A DNA stretch of 30,696 nt from an uncultured Solirubrobacteraceae bacterium (GTDB lineage Bacteria > Actinomycetota > Thermoleophilia > Solirubrobacterales > Solirubrobacteraceae). Under the pieces are notes generated by a model that was not told the DNA's origin, did not search any database, and saw only the letters and a list, made by a program, of their open reading frames with translations. The position numbers and the translations under genes are program-made. The stretch covers positions 1 through 30,696 of the forward strand of contig CAZPQW010000033.1 of NCBI GenBank assembly GCA_964588985.1. Direction: 5' to 3'. Shown here piece by piece: positions 18,101 through 26,043 of the stretch; the stretch's first letter is position 1, and each line of letters starts with the position of its first letter.

Positions 18101-18670
18101 GCACTTGTCCTGCGGGGCGAGACCGTTCTTCTGGACCTCGAAGTACACGTTCTCCGCGCCGAACACGCGCAGCAGGTCATCGGCGTGCGCGCGGGCGTCC
18201 TCGGGGCGATCGTCGAGCAGGCGCTGGCAGAAGCGCGAAGCGAGACATCCGGTGAGGGCGATCACACCCTCGGAGTGGCGCTCGACCTGGGCGAGGTCGA
18301 CGGTCGGCTTGCCGCGCTGCAGCCCTTCGAGGAAGCCCGCGGATGAGAGCTTGACGAGGTTGCGGTAGCCGGCGTCGTTGGACGCGAGCAGGGTCAGATG
18401 GTTGCGCTCGGTTTTCCCGGTCCCGCCCCGCCCGCTGTGGGTGTGGTCGTCCACGAGGTAGATCTCGCAGCCGATGATCGGCTTGACGTCGTGCTTCTTG
18501 CACGCCTTGTACATCTCGACCGCGCCGTTCATCACGCCGTGGTCGGTGAGCCCGAGCGCGGGCTGGCCGAACTTCGCGGCCCGCTCGGCGAGCGCCTCGA
18601 TCTTGCACGCGCCGTCGAGCAGCGAATACTCGGAGTGGACGTGCAGATGGGCGCAGGAAGAGGTGCTCAC
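15113..18670 (-). CDS. dnaE: DNA polymerase III alpha subunit
   Basis: PHP HLHVHSEYSLLDGA, LTDHG, GPGRGSAAGS, FERFLNPERVSMPDIDIDF, KMDFLGL, FNKSHAACY, OB fold; no intein. Confidence 0.98.
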   Translation of the reverse strand: MSTSSCAHLHVHSEYSLLDGACKIEALAERAAKFGQPALGLTDHGVMNGAVEMYKACKKHDVKPIIGCEIYLVDDHTHSGRGGTGKTERNHLTLLASNDAGYRNLVKLSSAGFLEGLQRGKPTVDLAQVERHSEGVIALTGCLASRFCQRLLDDRPEDARAHADDLLRVFGAENVYFEVQKNGLAPQDKCNEGIVRIAREVGGSLVGTGDVHYLRREDYEHHTALLCVQTKSTIAEPKLTFDTNEFYLRDSAEMVAAFSEWPEAIASTLEIAERCSVEIELGKQLIPSFKTPDGTPEREYLRARVQEGLRARYGAPPPAEAVERMEMELGVIDRMGFNAYFLIVWDFVKYAKENGIAVGPGRGSAAGSIVSYCLAITDVDPLQYDLLFERFLNPERVSMPDIDIDFSVRGRERVMRYVTEKYGRESVAQIVTFGKMFPRAATRDAARVLGFDYGTGDRLAKLIPDPIMGRSPSFEECMKPGEPLRKACDEEPVAQRIVDVARGLEGIVRNSSIHAAAVVIADRPLTDIVPLQLADAGTDENGERAFRTVTQFSMKPIEEIGILKMDFLGLRNLDVIEDALDIIERSTGERPDWTKIPLDDAATYEMMARGDSIGVFQFESEGMREALKKVRPDEFNDLVALNALYRPGAMDQIPVYAKGKHNPQAISYPDERLRPILESSNGVILYQEQAMQISKELAGFSGAKADDLRKAIGKKNRQAMAALKPEFIEGCKASGTKSDVIEFLWNTNEKSADYSFNKSHAACYGLIAYRTAWLKANYTAEYMAALISSVMSTKDKVPFFVARCEEMGIEILPPDVNLSDHEFTVVEGNIRFGLDAVKGVGYQAVEAIKRAREEAGEFSSIWDFCERVDNRTVNKKAIEALVKCGALGSTGATRKGMLEVLEQAQAAGQKLQQDAQIGQGSIFDLQEDAGPTAQTPAGGGLGLARPLHPAIPTVEFEQPELLAAEKEAIGLFVSAHPLKPLREALRAKVDCPLSSLPERRDKDFVTVGGIITEAKKIRTRNGDHMMFATLDDLAGAVEILVFGKALAEHEAALKVDEVVIVKGRVDHKEAGKTCVVVQSMQSFAPTEEEIERARSQAASAAASATAMAQPMKLSIAAGDISHDSMEELKQRIEEAPGPAEVQVEIHTSAGKRTIRLGEEFTVRNTPTVRAELQDVFAPVASAATG

Positions 18671-18679
18671 TGGTTACTC

Positions 18680-18685
18680 ATGCTA
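18680..18685 (-). promoter_or_regulatory. Putative -10 element (TAGCAT) for dnaE
   Basis: TANNNT box 9 nt upstream of GTG 18670. Confidence 0.55.
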
Positions 18686-18705
18686 GGCATCCGAGCGGCG
18701 GACGA

Positions 18706-19782
18706 TCAGCGGTTGCGCCGCTGTTTGCGTCTCATTCTCAGGCGCCCGATCAGCGACATGCTGTGCTTGTGTGACGGACGAACCACCTTCGGCGCGACGG
18801 GCTCGGGCTGAAGCTCCGGGACGGCCTGGGCACGCTCTCTGAGCCGCTCGACGGCGGCGGCCAGCGCCTCGGCCATCTCCTCGCCGCGCGCCTCCGGGAC
18901 GGGCACCCGCGGGGGCGCCGCGGGCTTCGCGGGCAGCGGCTCGACGGGCACTGCGGCTTGTGCCGCGGGAGCCTCGGCGGGCTGCGCCTGTCCGGCTGCG
19001 GGGACCTGAGCGGTCGTGGTGAGGCTGGGCGGCAGCGACCGCGGCGGCGGGGCGCTCGCCCGGGGCGCGGCCGCGGCGATCGCGAGCCGCTCGAGCAGGC
19101 CGCGCATGTCTCCGAGCAGGCGCGCCATCTGGCTGTGCCCCTCGCGCATGCCCTCCAGCTGAAGCTCGGAGCGCTCGCGTGCGGCGCGCTCGGCCGCGAG
19201 TCCCTGCTGCAGCTCGACGGCGCGCAGCTCGAGGGCGCCCACGCGGCCCTGCAGCTCGCGCTCGGCCGATCGCAGGTCGCCCAGCAGCGCGGCGCGTTCG
19301 GCCTCGGCGGTCTGCTCGGCCTCGGCGAGCTGACGTTGGACGGCCTCGAGCGCGTCGGCCATCTCCGCCGCGTCCTGTTCGCTCTCGCCGAGGCGCCGTG
19401 CGAGGCGCTCGAGCTCGGCTCGGCTCTCGCGGTCGCTGCCGGCGATCCGCTCCTCGGCCTCGACGCGCAGCTGCTGCTCGGCGTACTCGCGCTGCTTGAC
19501 CCGGCGCAGCTCGTGCTCGCGCTCGAGCGCCGCGGCCTTCTCGACGTCGAGCAGCTCGGCGGCCAGGCGCTGCTCGTCCTCGGCGTCACGCAGGCGCTGC
19601 TGCAGGCTCGCGACATGGCGTTCGAGCGTCTGCACGGTCGCTTCGGCGGCCTCCGCGCGACGCGTGAGCGCCAGCTCACCGCTCTCGGCGGCGCGGCGGG
19701 CGCGGCGTTCGGCGAGCAGGTCGCCCTCGCTCCTGCCGCTGCGGGCCCGCTCGCCCCCCTGTGTCTCGTCGCCCTCGGCCAT
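18706..19782 (-). CDS. Hypothetical long coiled-coil protein with Pro/Ala linker and basic C-terminus
   Basis: About 230 aa of E/R/A/L/Q heptad-rich sequence, GC3-rich codons; ATG 19782 (or GTG 19785) downstream of a TAGCTT box. Confidence 0.8.
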   Translation of the reverse strand: MAEGDETQGGERARSGRSEGDLLAERRARRAAESGELALTRRAEAAEATVQTLERHVASLQQRLRDAEDEQRLAAELLDVEKAAALEREHELRRVKQREYAEQQLRVEAEERIAGSDRESRAELERLARRLGESEQDAAEMADALEAVQRQLAEAEQTAEAERAALLGDLRSAERELQGRVGALELRAVELQQGLAAERAARERSELQLEGMREGHSQMARLLGDMRGLLERLAIAAAAPRASAPPPRSLPPSLTTTAQVPAAGQAQPAEAPAAQAAVPVEPLPAKPAAPPRVPVPEARGEEMAEALAAAVERLRERAQAVPELQPEPVAPKVVRPSHKHSMSLIGRLRMRRKQRRNR

Positions 19783-19834
19783 CACGTTGACCGGCAAGCT
19801 ACGCGTCGCACCGGACGGCGCGAGCGTTCGGAGA

Positions 19835-19999
19835 TCAGCTCGAGAGGCGTTTGGCGAGGATCGTCGCGGCCAGCACGCCGCCGGTGACGGTGACGCCCAC
19901 GATCGCAACGCGGCGGGCGCGCGGGAACCGCTGGCGCAGGTACCACCTGCCGCCCTTCCACACCACGTAGCCGACGATCTTGTAGCCGTTGCCGCTCAT
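19835..19999 (-). CDS. Small hypothetical membrane protein (54 aa)
   Basis: MSGNGYKIVGYVVWKGGRWYLRQRFPRARRVAIVGVTVTGGVLAATILAKRLSS; TAGCAT box (20007-20012) 7 nt upstream of ATG; fills the gap after argG. Confidence 0.72.
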   Translation of the reverse strand: MSGNGYKIVGYVVWKGGRWYLRQRFPRARRVAIVGVTVTGGVLAATILAKRLSS

Positions 20000-20028
20000 C
20001 GGGTTGATGCTACCCGGGTGGCGAAGGG

Positions 20029-21291
20029 TTACTCGTTGCGCAGGCGCCAGGCCATGCGCGACTGCAGCGACCACAGCTCGATGAAGCCGGGCGAGGCGGT
20101 CTGCGAGAAGAGCCCGCCGGACTCCGAGAACGACGCGAGGCTCGCGTCGTAGACAGCGTTGGGCGAGGAGCGCGTGACGACGCGCGCGTGGCCCTTGTAG
20201 AGCTTCAGGCCGATCGAACCGGTGACACGCTCGTTGACCTCGTTCATGTACGCATCCAGGTCGGTGCGCAGCGGCTCCCACCACAGGCCCGCGTACACCA
20301 GGTAGCCCCATTGCCGGTCGAGGTCGCCCTTGAACTGGTTCTGGTGAATCGTGCACACGAGCCGCTCGAGCTCCTTGTGGGCGGGCAGGATCAGTGCAGC
20401 CGCGGGTGCCTCATAGATGTCGCGCACCTTCAGCCCCACGATGCGGTCCTCGATGTGGTCGAGGATCCCGATGCCATGCCGCGCGCCGATCTCAGCGGTC
20501 GCTTCGATCAGCTCGACGAGACCCAGACGCTCGCCATCGAGCGCCACGGGAACTCCTTTCTCAAAATCGATGGTGACGGTCTGCGGCTCGTCCGGCGCGA
20601 GCTCTGGGCGTGTGACGAGCTGGAAGACGTCGTCGTCGGGAGCATGCTCGAGATCCTCGATCCAGCGGCCCTCAGAGGAGCGCCCCCAGAGGTTGTCGTC
20701 GATCGAGTACGGCGCCGCCTCCGTTCCGCCCTTGACGGGGATGCCGTGCTCGCGCGCGTAGGCGATCTCCTCCTCGCGGCCCATCTGCCATGAGCGCACC
20801 GGAGCGATCACCTTCAGCTCCGGCGCGAGCGTGGCGATCGTCGCCTCGATGCGCACCTGGTCGTTGCCCTTGCCCGTACAACCGTGGGCGATCGTGTCAC
20901 AGCTCGTCTTGCGCGCATACTCGACCGCGAGCTTTGCGATCAGCGGACGCCCCAGCGAGGTGAACAGCGGATAGCCGTCCCCATACACAGCGTTAGCCTT
21001 GATCGCCGGCGCCAGATACTCCTGCGCGAACTGCTCCCTGGCGTCGACGACGTGGCACTCGAGCGCACCCAGCTGGATCGCCTTGCCTTCGATCACCTCG
21101 TAGTCCTCGCCGGGCTGGCCGAGGTTGACGGTCAGGCACACGACCTCGGCGTTGTAGGAGTCCTGGATCCACTTGAGCATCACGCTCGTGTCGAGGCCGC
21201 CGGAGTACAGCAGCAGCACGCGGTGGACGTGCTCGGGGTCGGCCTCGTAGGAGGCGGTGCGGGTGGTGGGGATGTTGGCGGCGTCGCTCAC
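20029..21291 (-). CDS. argG: Argininosuccinate synthase
   Basis: LLYSGGLDTS, YPLFTSLGRP, AHGCTGKGNDQVR, YSIDDNLWGRS.EG, EDRIVGLKVRDIYEAP. Confidence 0.97.
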   Translation of the reverse strand: MSDAANIPTTRTASYEADPEHVHRVLLLYSGGLDTSVMLKWIQDSYNAEVVCLTVNLGQPGEDYEVIEGKAIQLGALECHVVDAREQFAQEYLAPAIKANAVYGDGYPLFTSLGRPLIAKLAVEYARKTSCDTIAHGCTGKGNDQVRIEATIATLAPELKVIAPVRSWQMGREEEIAYAREHGIPVKGGTEAAPYSIDDNLWGRSSEGRWIEDLEHAPDDDVFQLVTRPELAPDEPQTVTIDFEKGVPVALDGERLGLVELIEATAEIGARHGIGILDHIEDRIVGLKVRDIYEAPAAALILPAHKELERLVCTIHQNQFKGDLDRQWGYLVYAGLWWEPLRTDLDAYMNEVNERVTGSIGLKLYKGHARVVTRSSPNAVYDASLASFSESGGLFSQTASPGFIELWSLQSRMAWRLRNE

Positions 21292-21728
21292 GGGCGCGAA
21301 TCGTAGCGGCGTGGGCGTTCCATCACCGGATACGGGATCGCGGCGACCGCGAATCCGATCTTTTCGTAGAGGCCCTGGGCGTCGGCTGTGTGGAGCATCC
21401 AGCGCAGCTCGCGGAACGGTCCGTGGTCGACCATCTCGCTGATGAGCGCCAGCCCGAGGCCGCGCCCGCGGTATTGCGAGAGCACGTACACGTCGGCCAT
21501 GTAGGCGTGGATGGCGCCGTCGGTGACGGCTCGGACGAACCCCACCTGCCTGCTGCCGTCGTAGAGGCCGACGACTCTGGTTGAGCCGATGATCGCCTTC
21601 TCGACCCTCTCGCGCGCGCGGCCTTTGCCCCAGTAGGACTCGCCGCTGATGAACGCGTGGACCGCGTCGACGTCGATCCGCGCGGGGTCGTCGTCGAGCT
21701 CGAGCCCGTCCTCCAACTCGGTGCGCAT
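21288..21728 (-). CDS. GNAT-family N-acetyltransferase
   Basis: MRTELEDG...ESYWG.GR...QVGFVRAVTDG...YMADVYVL..YRGRGLG (acetyl-CoA motif A)...LHT.DAQGLYEKIGF; stop overlaps the argG start. Confidence 0.92.
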   Translation of the reverse strand: MRTELEDGLELDDDPARIDVDAVHAFISGESYWGKGRARERVEKAIIGSTRVVGLYDGSRQVGFVRAVTDGAIHAYMADVYVLSQYRGRGLGLALISEMVDHGPFRELRWMLHTADAQGLYEKIGFAVAAIPYPVMERPRRYDSRP

Positions 21729-21732
21729 CGGC

Positions 21733-22890
21733 TCAGCTCTCGAGCACGCGGCCGAGCCGGGTGAGCGCCTCGGCGACGTCGCCGTCGTCGATCGTGAGCG
21801 GCGGCAGCAGCCGGACGGTGGTGGGGCCGGTGGCGTTGAGCACGAGCCGCTCCTCGAGCAGCGCGCGGCGCACGACGTCGGGGGCGGCGATGTCGAGCTC
21901 ACAGGCGAGCATGAGCCCGCGGCCGCGCACCTCGACCACATGATCGAGGCGCTCCAGACCCGCGCGCAGCCGGCCGCCGCGCTCCTGCACTCCGGCGAGC
22001 AGCCCCTCCTCCATCGTCAGCTCGAGCGCGGTCAGCGCGGCCGAGGCGACGACGGGTCCGCCGGCGAAGGTGGAGCCGTGATCGCCCGGCTGCAGGACGT
22101 CGGCGAGCCGTGGCCCGGTGACGAGCGCGCCGATCGGCAGTCCGCCGCCGAGCGCCTTGGCGACGGTGATCGCGTCGGGCACGACGCCCGTGTGCTGGTA
22201 GGCCCACAGCGTGCCGGTGCGTCCCATGCCGGTTTGGATCTCGTCGAAGATCAGCGCGGCGCCGTGCTTGTCGCAGGCTGCGCGCGCGGCTGTGAGCATC
22301 TCTTCAGAGAGGACGTGCACGCCGGTCTCGCCCTGGATCGGCTCGAGCAGCACGGCGGCGGTGCGCTCGTCGACGGCGGCGGCGATCGCGTTGGGGTCGG
22401 CGGTGACGGCGCGGAACCCTGGCACGAGCGGCGCGAACGGCGCCTGCTTGGCCTCCTGGGGGGTGGCGGAGAGCGCGCCGTAGGTGCGCCCGTGGAAGGC
22501 GCCGTGGACGACGACGACGTCGCCTTCGCGCTTGGCCTTGCGCGCGAGCTTGATCGCGGCCTCGTTGGCCTCGGCGCCGGAGTTGCAGAAGAACACCTTG
22601 CCGCCGAGGCTCGACGCTGAGAGGCGCGCGGCGAGGCGCATGGCGGGCTCGGTGTAGAAGAGGTTGCCGACGTGCATCAGCCGCCCGATCTGCTCGCGTA
22701 CCGCCGCAACCACCGCCGGGTGGCAATGCCCGAGGTTGGTGACTGAGATCCCGGAGAGGAGGTCGAGGTACTCGTGGCCGTCGACGTCCCACAGCCGCGC
22801 CCCCTCCCCGCGCACGAACTCCACCGGGTTGCGCGCGTACGTGCCGATCACGTTGTCGCGCTCGAGCTGCTGCAGCTCGGCGAGGCTCAT
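21733..22890 (-). CDS. argD: Acetylornithine aminotransferase
   Basis: YLD..SGISV.NLGHCHP, FFCNSGAEANEAAIK, AFHGRT, LEPIQGE.G, FDEIQTGMGRTG, AKALGGGLPIGA, HGSTFAG. Confidence 0.95.
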   Translation of the reverse strand: MSLAELQQLERDNVIGTYARNPVEFVRGEGARLWDVDGHEYLDLLSGISVTNLGHCHPAVVAAVREQIGRLMHVGNLFYTEPAMRLAARLSASSLGGKVFFCNSGAEANEAAIKLARKAKREGDVVVVHGAFHGRTYGALSATPQEAKQAPFAPLVPGFRAVTADPNAIAAAVDERTAAVLLEPIQGETGVHVLSEEMLTAARAACDKHGAALIFDEIQTGMGRTGTLWAYQHTGVVPDAITVAKALGGGLPIGALVTGPRLADVLQPGDHGSTFAGGPVVASAALTALELTMEEGLLAGVQERGGRLRAGLERLDHVVEVRGRGLMLACELDIAAPDVVRRALLEERLVLNATGPTTVRLLPPLTIDDGDVAEALTRLGRVLES

Positions 22891-23753
22891 GGCGCGATCT
22901 CGATCTTGGTCCCGATCCCGGCGTCGGTGAACAGCTCGAGCAGCAGCGAGTGCGCAATGCGCCCGTCGAGGATGTGCGCGGCGCTGACGCCCTTGTTGAT
23001 CGCGTCGACGCACGCTTCGAGCTTCGGGCGCATGCCGCCGTCCATGCTCGCGGCCTCCTGCTGGACCCGCTCGGAGCTGGCCTGGCGGATCAGGCTGGAG
23101 GGATCGGAGGGGTCGGCGAGCCAGCCGGGCACGTCGGTGAGGAAGACGACCTTGTAGGCGCCGAGCGCGCCCGCGACTGCGCCGGCGGCCTCGTCGGCGT
23201 TGATGTTGTAGGAGTTGCCGTCGCGGTCGGCGCCGACGGAGGCGATCACGGGGATGTAGTCGCGGGAGATGTGCTCGATCACGCCGATGTTGACCTGCTT
23301 GATGCGCCCGACGAAGCCGATGTCCTCGCCACCGGGCGCGGAGCGCCGTTCGACGTGGAACAGCGAGCCGTCGTCGCCGCAGAGGCCGACGGCGGGCTGG
23401 CCGTGGCGGTTGACGCGCAGCACGATCTCCTTGTTGACCTTGCCGACGAGCACCATCTTGGCGACCTCGACGGTGTTGGCGTCGGACACGCGCAGCCCAC
23501 CGACGAACTCGACGGGCAGGCCGAGGCGCTCCATGTAGCCGGTGATCTCGGGGCCGCCGCCGTGCACGACGATCGGGTTGAGCCCGACGTACTTGAGCAG
23601 CACGACGTCGCGCGCGAACTCCTCGCGCAGCGCCGGGTCGACCATCGCGGCGCCGCCGTACTTGATGACGACGGTCTTGCCGTGGAACTGCTTGATGTAA
23701 GGCAGCGCCTCGAGCAGTGTGCCGACGTCGCGCATGCCCACCCCCTCGCTCAT
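22887..23753 (-). CDS. argB: Acetylglutamate kinase
   Basis: LLEALPYI..F.GKTVVIKYGGAAM, VVHGGGP, GLRV, NINAD, LTDVPG, GGM.PK, HILDGR..HSLLLELFT..GIGT; alternative start ATG 23735. Confidence 0.97.
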   Translation of the reverse strand: MSEGVGMRDVGTLLEALPYIKQFHGKTVVIKYGGAAMVDPALREEFARDVVLLKYVGLNPIVVHGGGPEITGYMERLGLPVEFVGGLRVSDANTVEVAKMVLVGKVNKEIVLRVNRHGQPAVGLCGDDGSLFHVERRSAPGGEDIGFVGRIKQVNIGVIEHISRDYIPVIASVGADRDGNSYNINADEAAGAVAGALGAYKVVFLTDVPGWLADPSDPSSLIRQASSERVQQEAASMDGGMRPKLEACVDAINKGVSAAHILDGRIAHSLLLELFTDAGIGTKIEIAP

Positions 23754-25015
23754 GTCGTGTAGTCGGCGTTGATCGTCACGTACTCGTGTGAGAGATCGGA
23801 GAAGAACACCTCGGTCTCCGCGCCATCGCCGGGTAGGTCGATCTCGTACTCGACCTCCAACCGCTGGACCGCCGCGGCGAGCGCCGTCTCGTCGTAGCGA
23901 ATAGCCGTGCCGGCGGAGCAGACCTGCGTTTTCTCTATTGATATGTCGACCGCGAGTGGCGATGTGCCCGGCAGGGCGCCGCCGACGGCCTGCACGATCC
24001 GCCCCCAGTTGGGGTCGCCGCCGTGGAGCGCGGCCTTGACGAGCGGCGAGTTGGCGACGGCGCGGGCTGCTGCCTCGACGCCTTCGGCGTTGCCGCCGCG
24101 CACGACGACGCGCGCGATCCGCTTGGCGCCCTCGCCGTCGGTGACCATCATGATCGCGAGGGCCCGCAGGATCGCGTCGAGCGCCTCGCCGAAGCGCAGC
24201 TCGTCCTCGCTCTCGGGCGCGATCCGCACGCCGCTGGCGCCGGAGCACATGAGGATGGCGGTGTCGTTGGTGGACAGCTGTCCGTCGACGGAGGCGCGGT
24301 CGAAGGAGCGCTTGACGCACACGCCGAGCAGCAGGTCGGCGGTCTCGGCGGACATCGCGGCGTCGGTCTCGACGAAGCACAGCATGGTGGCGAAGTTCGG
24401 CGAGATCATGCCCGCCCCCTTGCACTGGGCGCTGAGTCGCACGGTCCCGGAGGGCAGCTCGACCTCGAGGTTGGCGCGCTTCTCGAACAGGTCGGTCGTC
24501 TGGATCGCCTGCTGGAAGGACGTGTCGCCGGCCTGGTCGAGCAGTGGGCGTGCGGCGAGGATGCCTTTGAGCACGAGGTCGACGGGCAGCAGGTGGCTGA
24601 TGCCGCCGGTGGAGGCGAGCGCGACCTCGGCGGGGTGCACGCCGACGGCGAGCGCTGCGGCGCCCTGCGTCTTGGCGGCGTCGTCGAGCCCTCGCTGTCC
24701 GGTGGCGGCGTTGGCACAGCCGGAGTTGACGAGCACCGCGCGCAGGCTGTCGAGGTGGCAGCGCTCGCGGCTGACGAGCACCGGCGCGGCGGGCGTGCCG
24801 GTGGCGGTGAAGCGCGCGGCGCTGACCGGCTCCTCCGCGTCACAGACGAGCAGCCCCACGTCGTGGTTGCCGCTCGGCTTCAGCCCCGCGGCGACACCGG
24901 CGGCGCGGAAGCCCGCGGGCAGCCCCGCGTCGAGGCCGAGCTCGCGCACGTGCGTCGGCGCGGGCACCCAGCGCGAGCGGAAGAACGGCAGCGTCGCCTG
25001 ATCGGGGCTGCTCAC
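23750..25015 (-). CDS. argJ: Glutamate N-acetyltransferase / ornithine acetyltransferase ArgJ
   Basis: GFRAAGVAAGLK, NSGCANAATG, TTD, KGAGMISPNFA/TML autocleavage site, STNDT, DGEGA, DPNWGRI, NADYTT; GTG start overlaps argC stop. Confidence 0.96.
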   Translation of the reverse strand: MSSPDQATLPFFRSRWVPAPTHVRELGLDAGLPAGFRAAGVAAGLKPSGNHDVGLLVCDAEEPVSAARFTATGTPAAPVLVSRERCHLDSLRAVLVNSGCANAATGQRGLDDAAKTQGAAALAVGVHPAEVALASTGGISHLLPVDLVLKGILAARPLLDQAGDTSFQQAIQTTDLFEKRANLEVELPSGTVRLSAQCKGAGMISPNFATMLCFVETDAAMSAETADLLLGVCVKRSFDRASVDGQLSTNDTAILMCSGASGVRIAPESEDELRFGEALDAILRALAIMMVTDGEGAKRIARVVVRGGNAEGVEAAARAVANSPLVKAALHGGDPNWGRIVQAVGGALPGTSPLAVDISIEKTQVCSAGTAIRYDETALAAAVQRLEVEYEIDLPGDGAETEVFFSDLSHEYVTINADYTT

Positions 25016-26043
25016 AGCAACCCCCTGGTCTCGGGGAGCCCGAACATCAGGTTGAGGTTCTGGACGGCCTGCGAGGAGGTGCCCTTCCAGAGGTTGTCGA
25101 TCGCGGAGAACACGAGCACCTTGCCGGTGTGCTCGTCGGCGGCGGCGAAGATGCGGCAGTAGTTGGTGTGCGCCACCTCTCGCACTCCCGGCGGCGCGTC
25201 GACGACCTCGACGAACGGCTCGTCGGCGTAGGCGGCGGCGAACAGCTCCGCGAGCTCGGCGGCGACGACGGGGCGCGTGGTGGTGACGTAGCAGCTGGCC
25301 ATCTCGCCCTGGTCGAGCGGCACTAGGTGCGCCTGGAACTGGACGTTGAGGTCCGCGCCGAGCAACGCGAGCTGCTCCTCGATCTCGGGCGTGTGGCGGT
25401 GCGCGGCGACCTTGTACGGGAGGATGTTCTCCCCCGCCATCGACAGGTGCGTGGTGTCGTCGAACACGCGCCCCGCGCCGGATACGCCCTGCTTGGCGTC
25501 GATGACCGCGTCGGCGATCAGCCCGGCGCGCGCGAGCGGCGCGAGCCCGAGCAGCGACGCGGTGGGGTAGCAGCCGGGGTTGGCGACGATGTTCGCGGCG
25601 GCGATCCGCTCGCGGTGCAGCTCGGTCAGCCCGTACACGGCCTCGCCCATAAGGTCGGGGCGCGGGTGCACGCCGTACCACCGCTCGTACGTGGCTAGCG
25701 AGGCGAGTCGGTAGTCGGCGCTGAGGTCGATGACGCGCGCGCCGAGCTCGCGCAGCGCGGCGACGGTGGGGGCGGCGGCGGCGTGCGGGTAGGCGACGAC
25801 CGCGGCGTCGATGCCCGCGAGGTCCGCCATCTCGAGCTCCTGGATCCTCATCGGCACGCGGTAGCGCGGGTAGACCTCGTGCAGGGTCCTGCCGACCTCG
25901 GAGCGTCCGGTGACGGCGACGAGCTCGAAGTCGGGGTGGCGCCACAGAAGCTCGGCGGCGAGCGCGCCCGCGAAACCGGTCGCGCCGGCGACGATCACCT
26001 TCGGCCCGCCGGGCGAGGAGGGCTGGGGGGTCTGGTCAGCCAC
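25012..26043 (-). CDS. argC: N-acetyl-gamma-glutamyl-phosphate reductase
   Basis: GATGFAG, IDLSADYRL, VYGL.E, VANPGCYPT, GVSGAG, HRHTPEI, IDNLWKG...QAVQNLNLMFG. Confidence 0.97.
   Translation of the reverse strand: MADQTPQPSSPGGPKVIVAGATGFAGALAAELLWRHPDFELVAVTGRSEVGRTLHEVYPRYRVPMRIQELEMADLAGIDAAVVAYPHAAAAPTVAALRELGARVIDLSADYRLASLATYERWYGVHPRPDLMGEAVYGLTELHRERIAAANIVANPGCYPTASLLGLAPLARAGLIADAVIDAKQGVSGAGRVFDDTTHLSMAGENILPYKVAAHRHTPEIEEQLALLGADLNVQFQAHLVPLDQGEMASCYVTTTRPVVAAELAELFAAAYADEPFVEVVDAPPGVREVAHTNYCRIFAAADEHTGKVLVFSAIDNLWKGTSSQAVQNLNLMFGLPETRGLL

Noticed and set aside
15015-18104. 1029-aa alternative-frame ORF inside dnaE ending just before the channel ATG in the same frame
   Set aside because: Arg/Gly/Ala-rich off-frame translation typical of GC-rich DNA; no evidence for frameshifting or read-through
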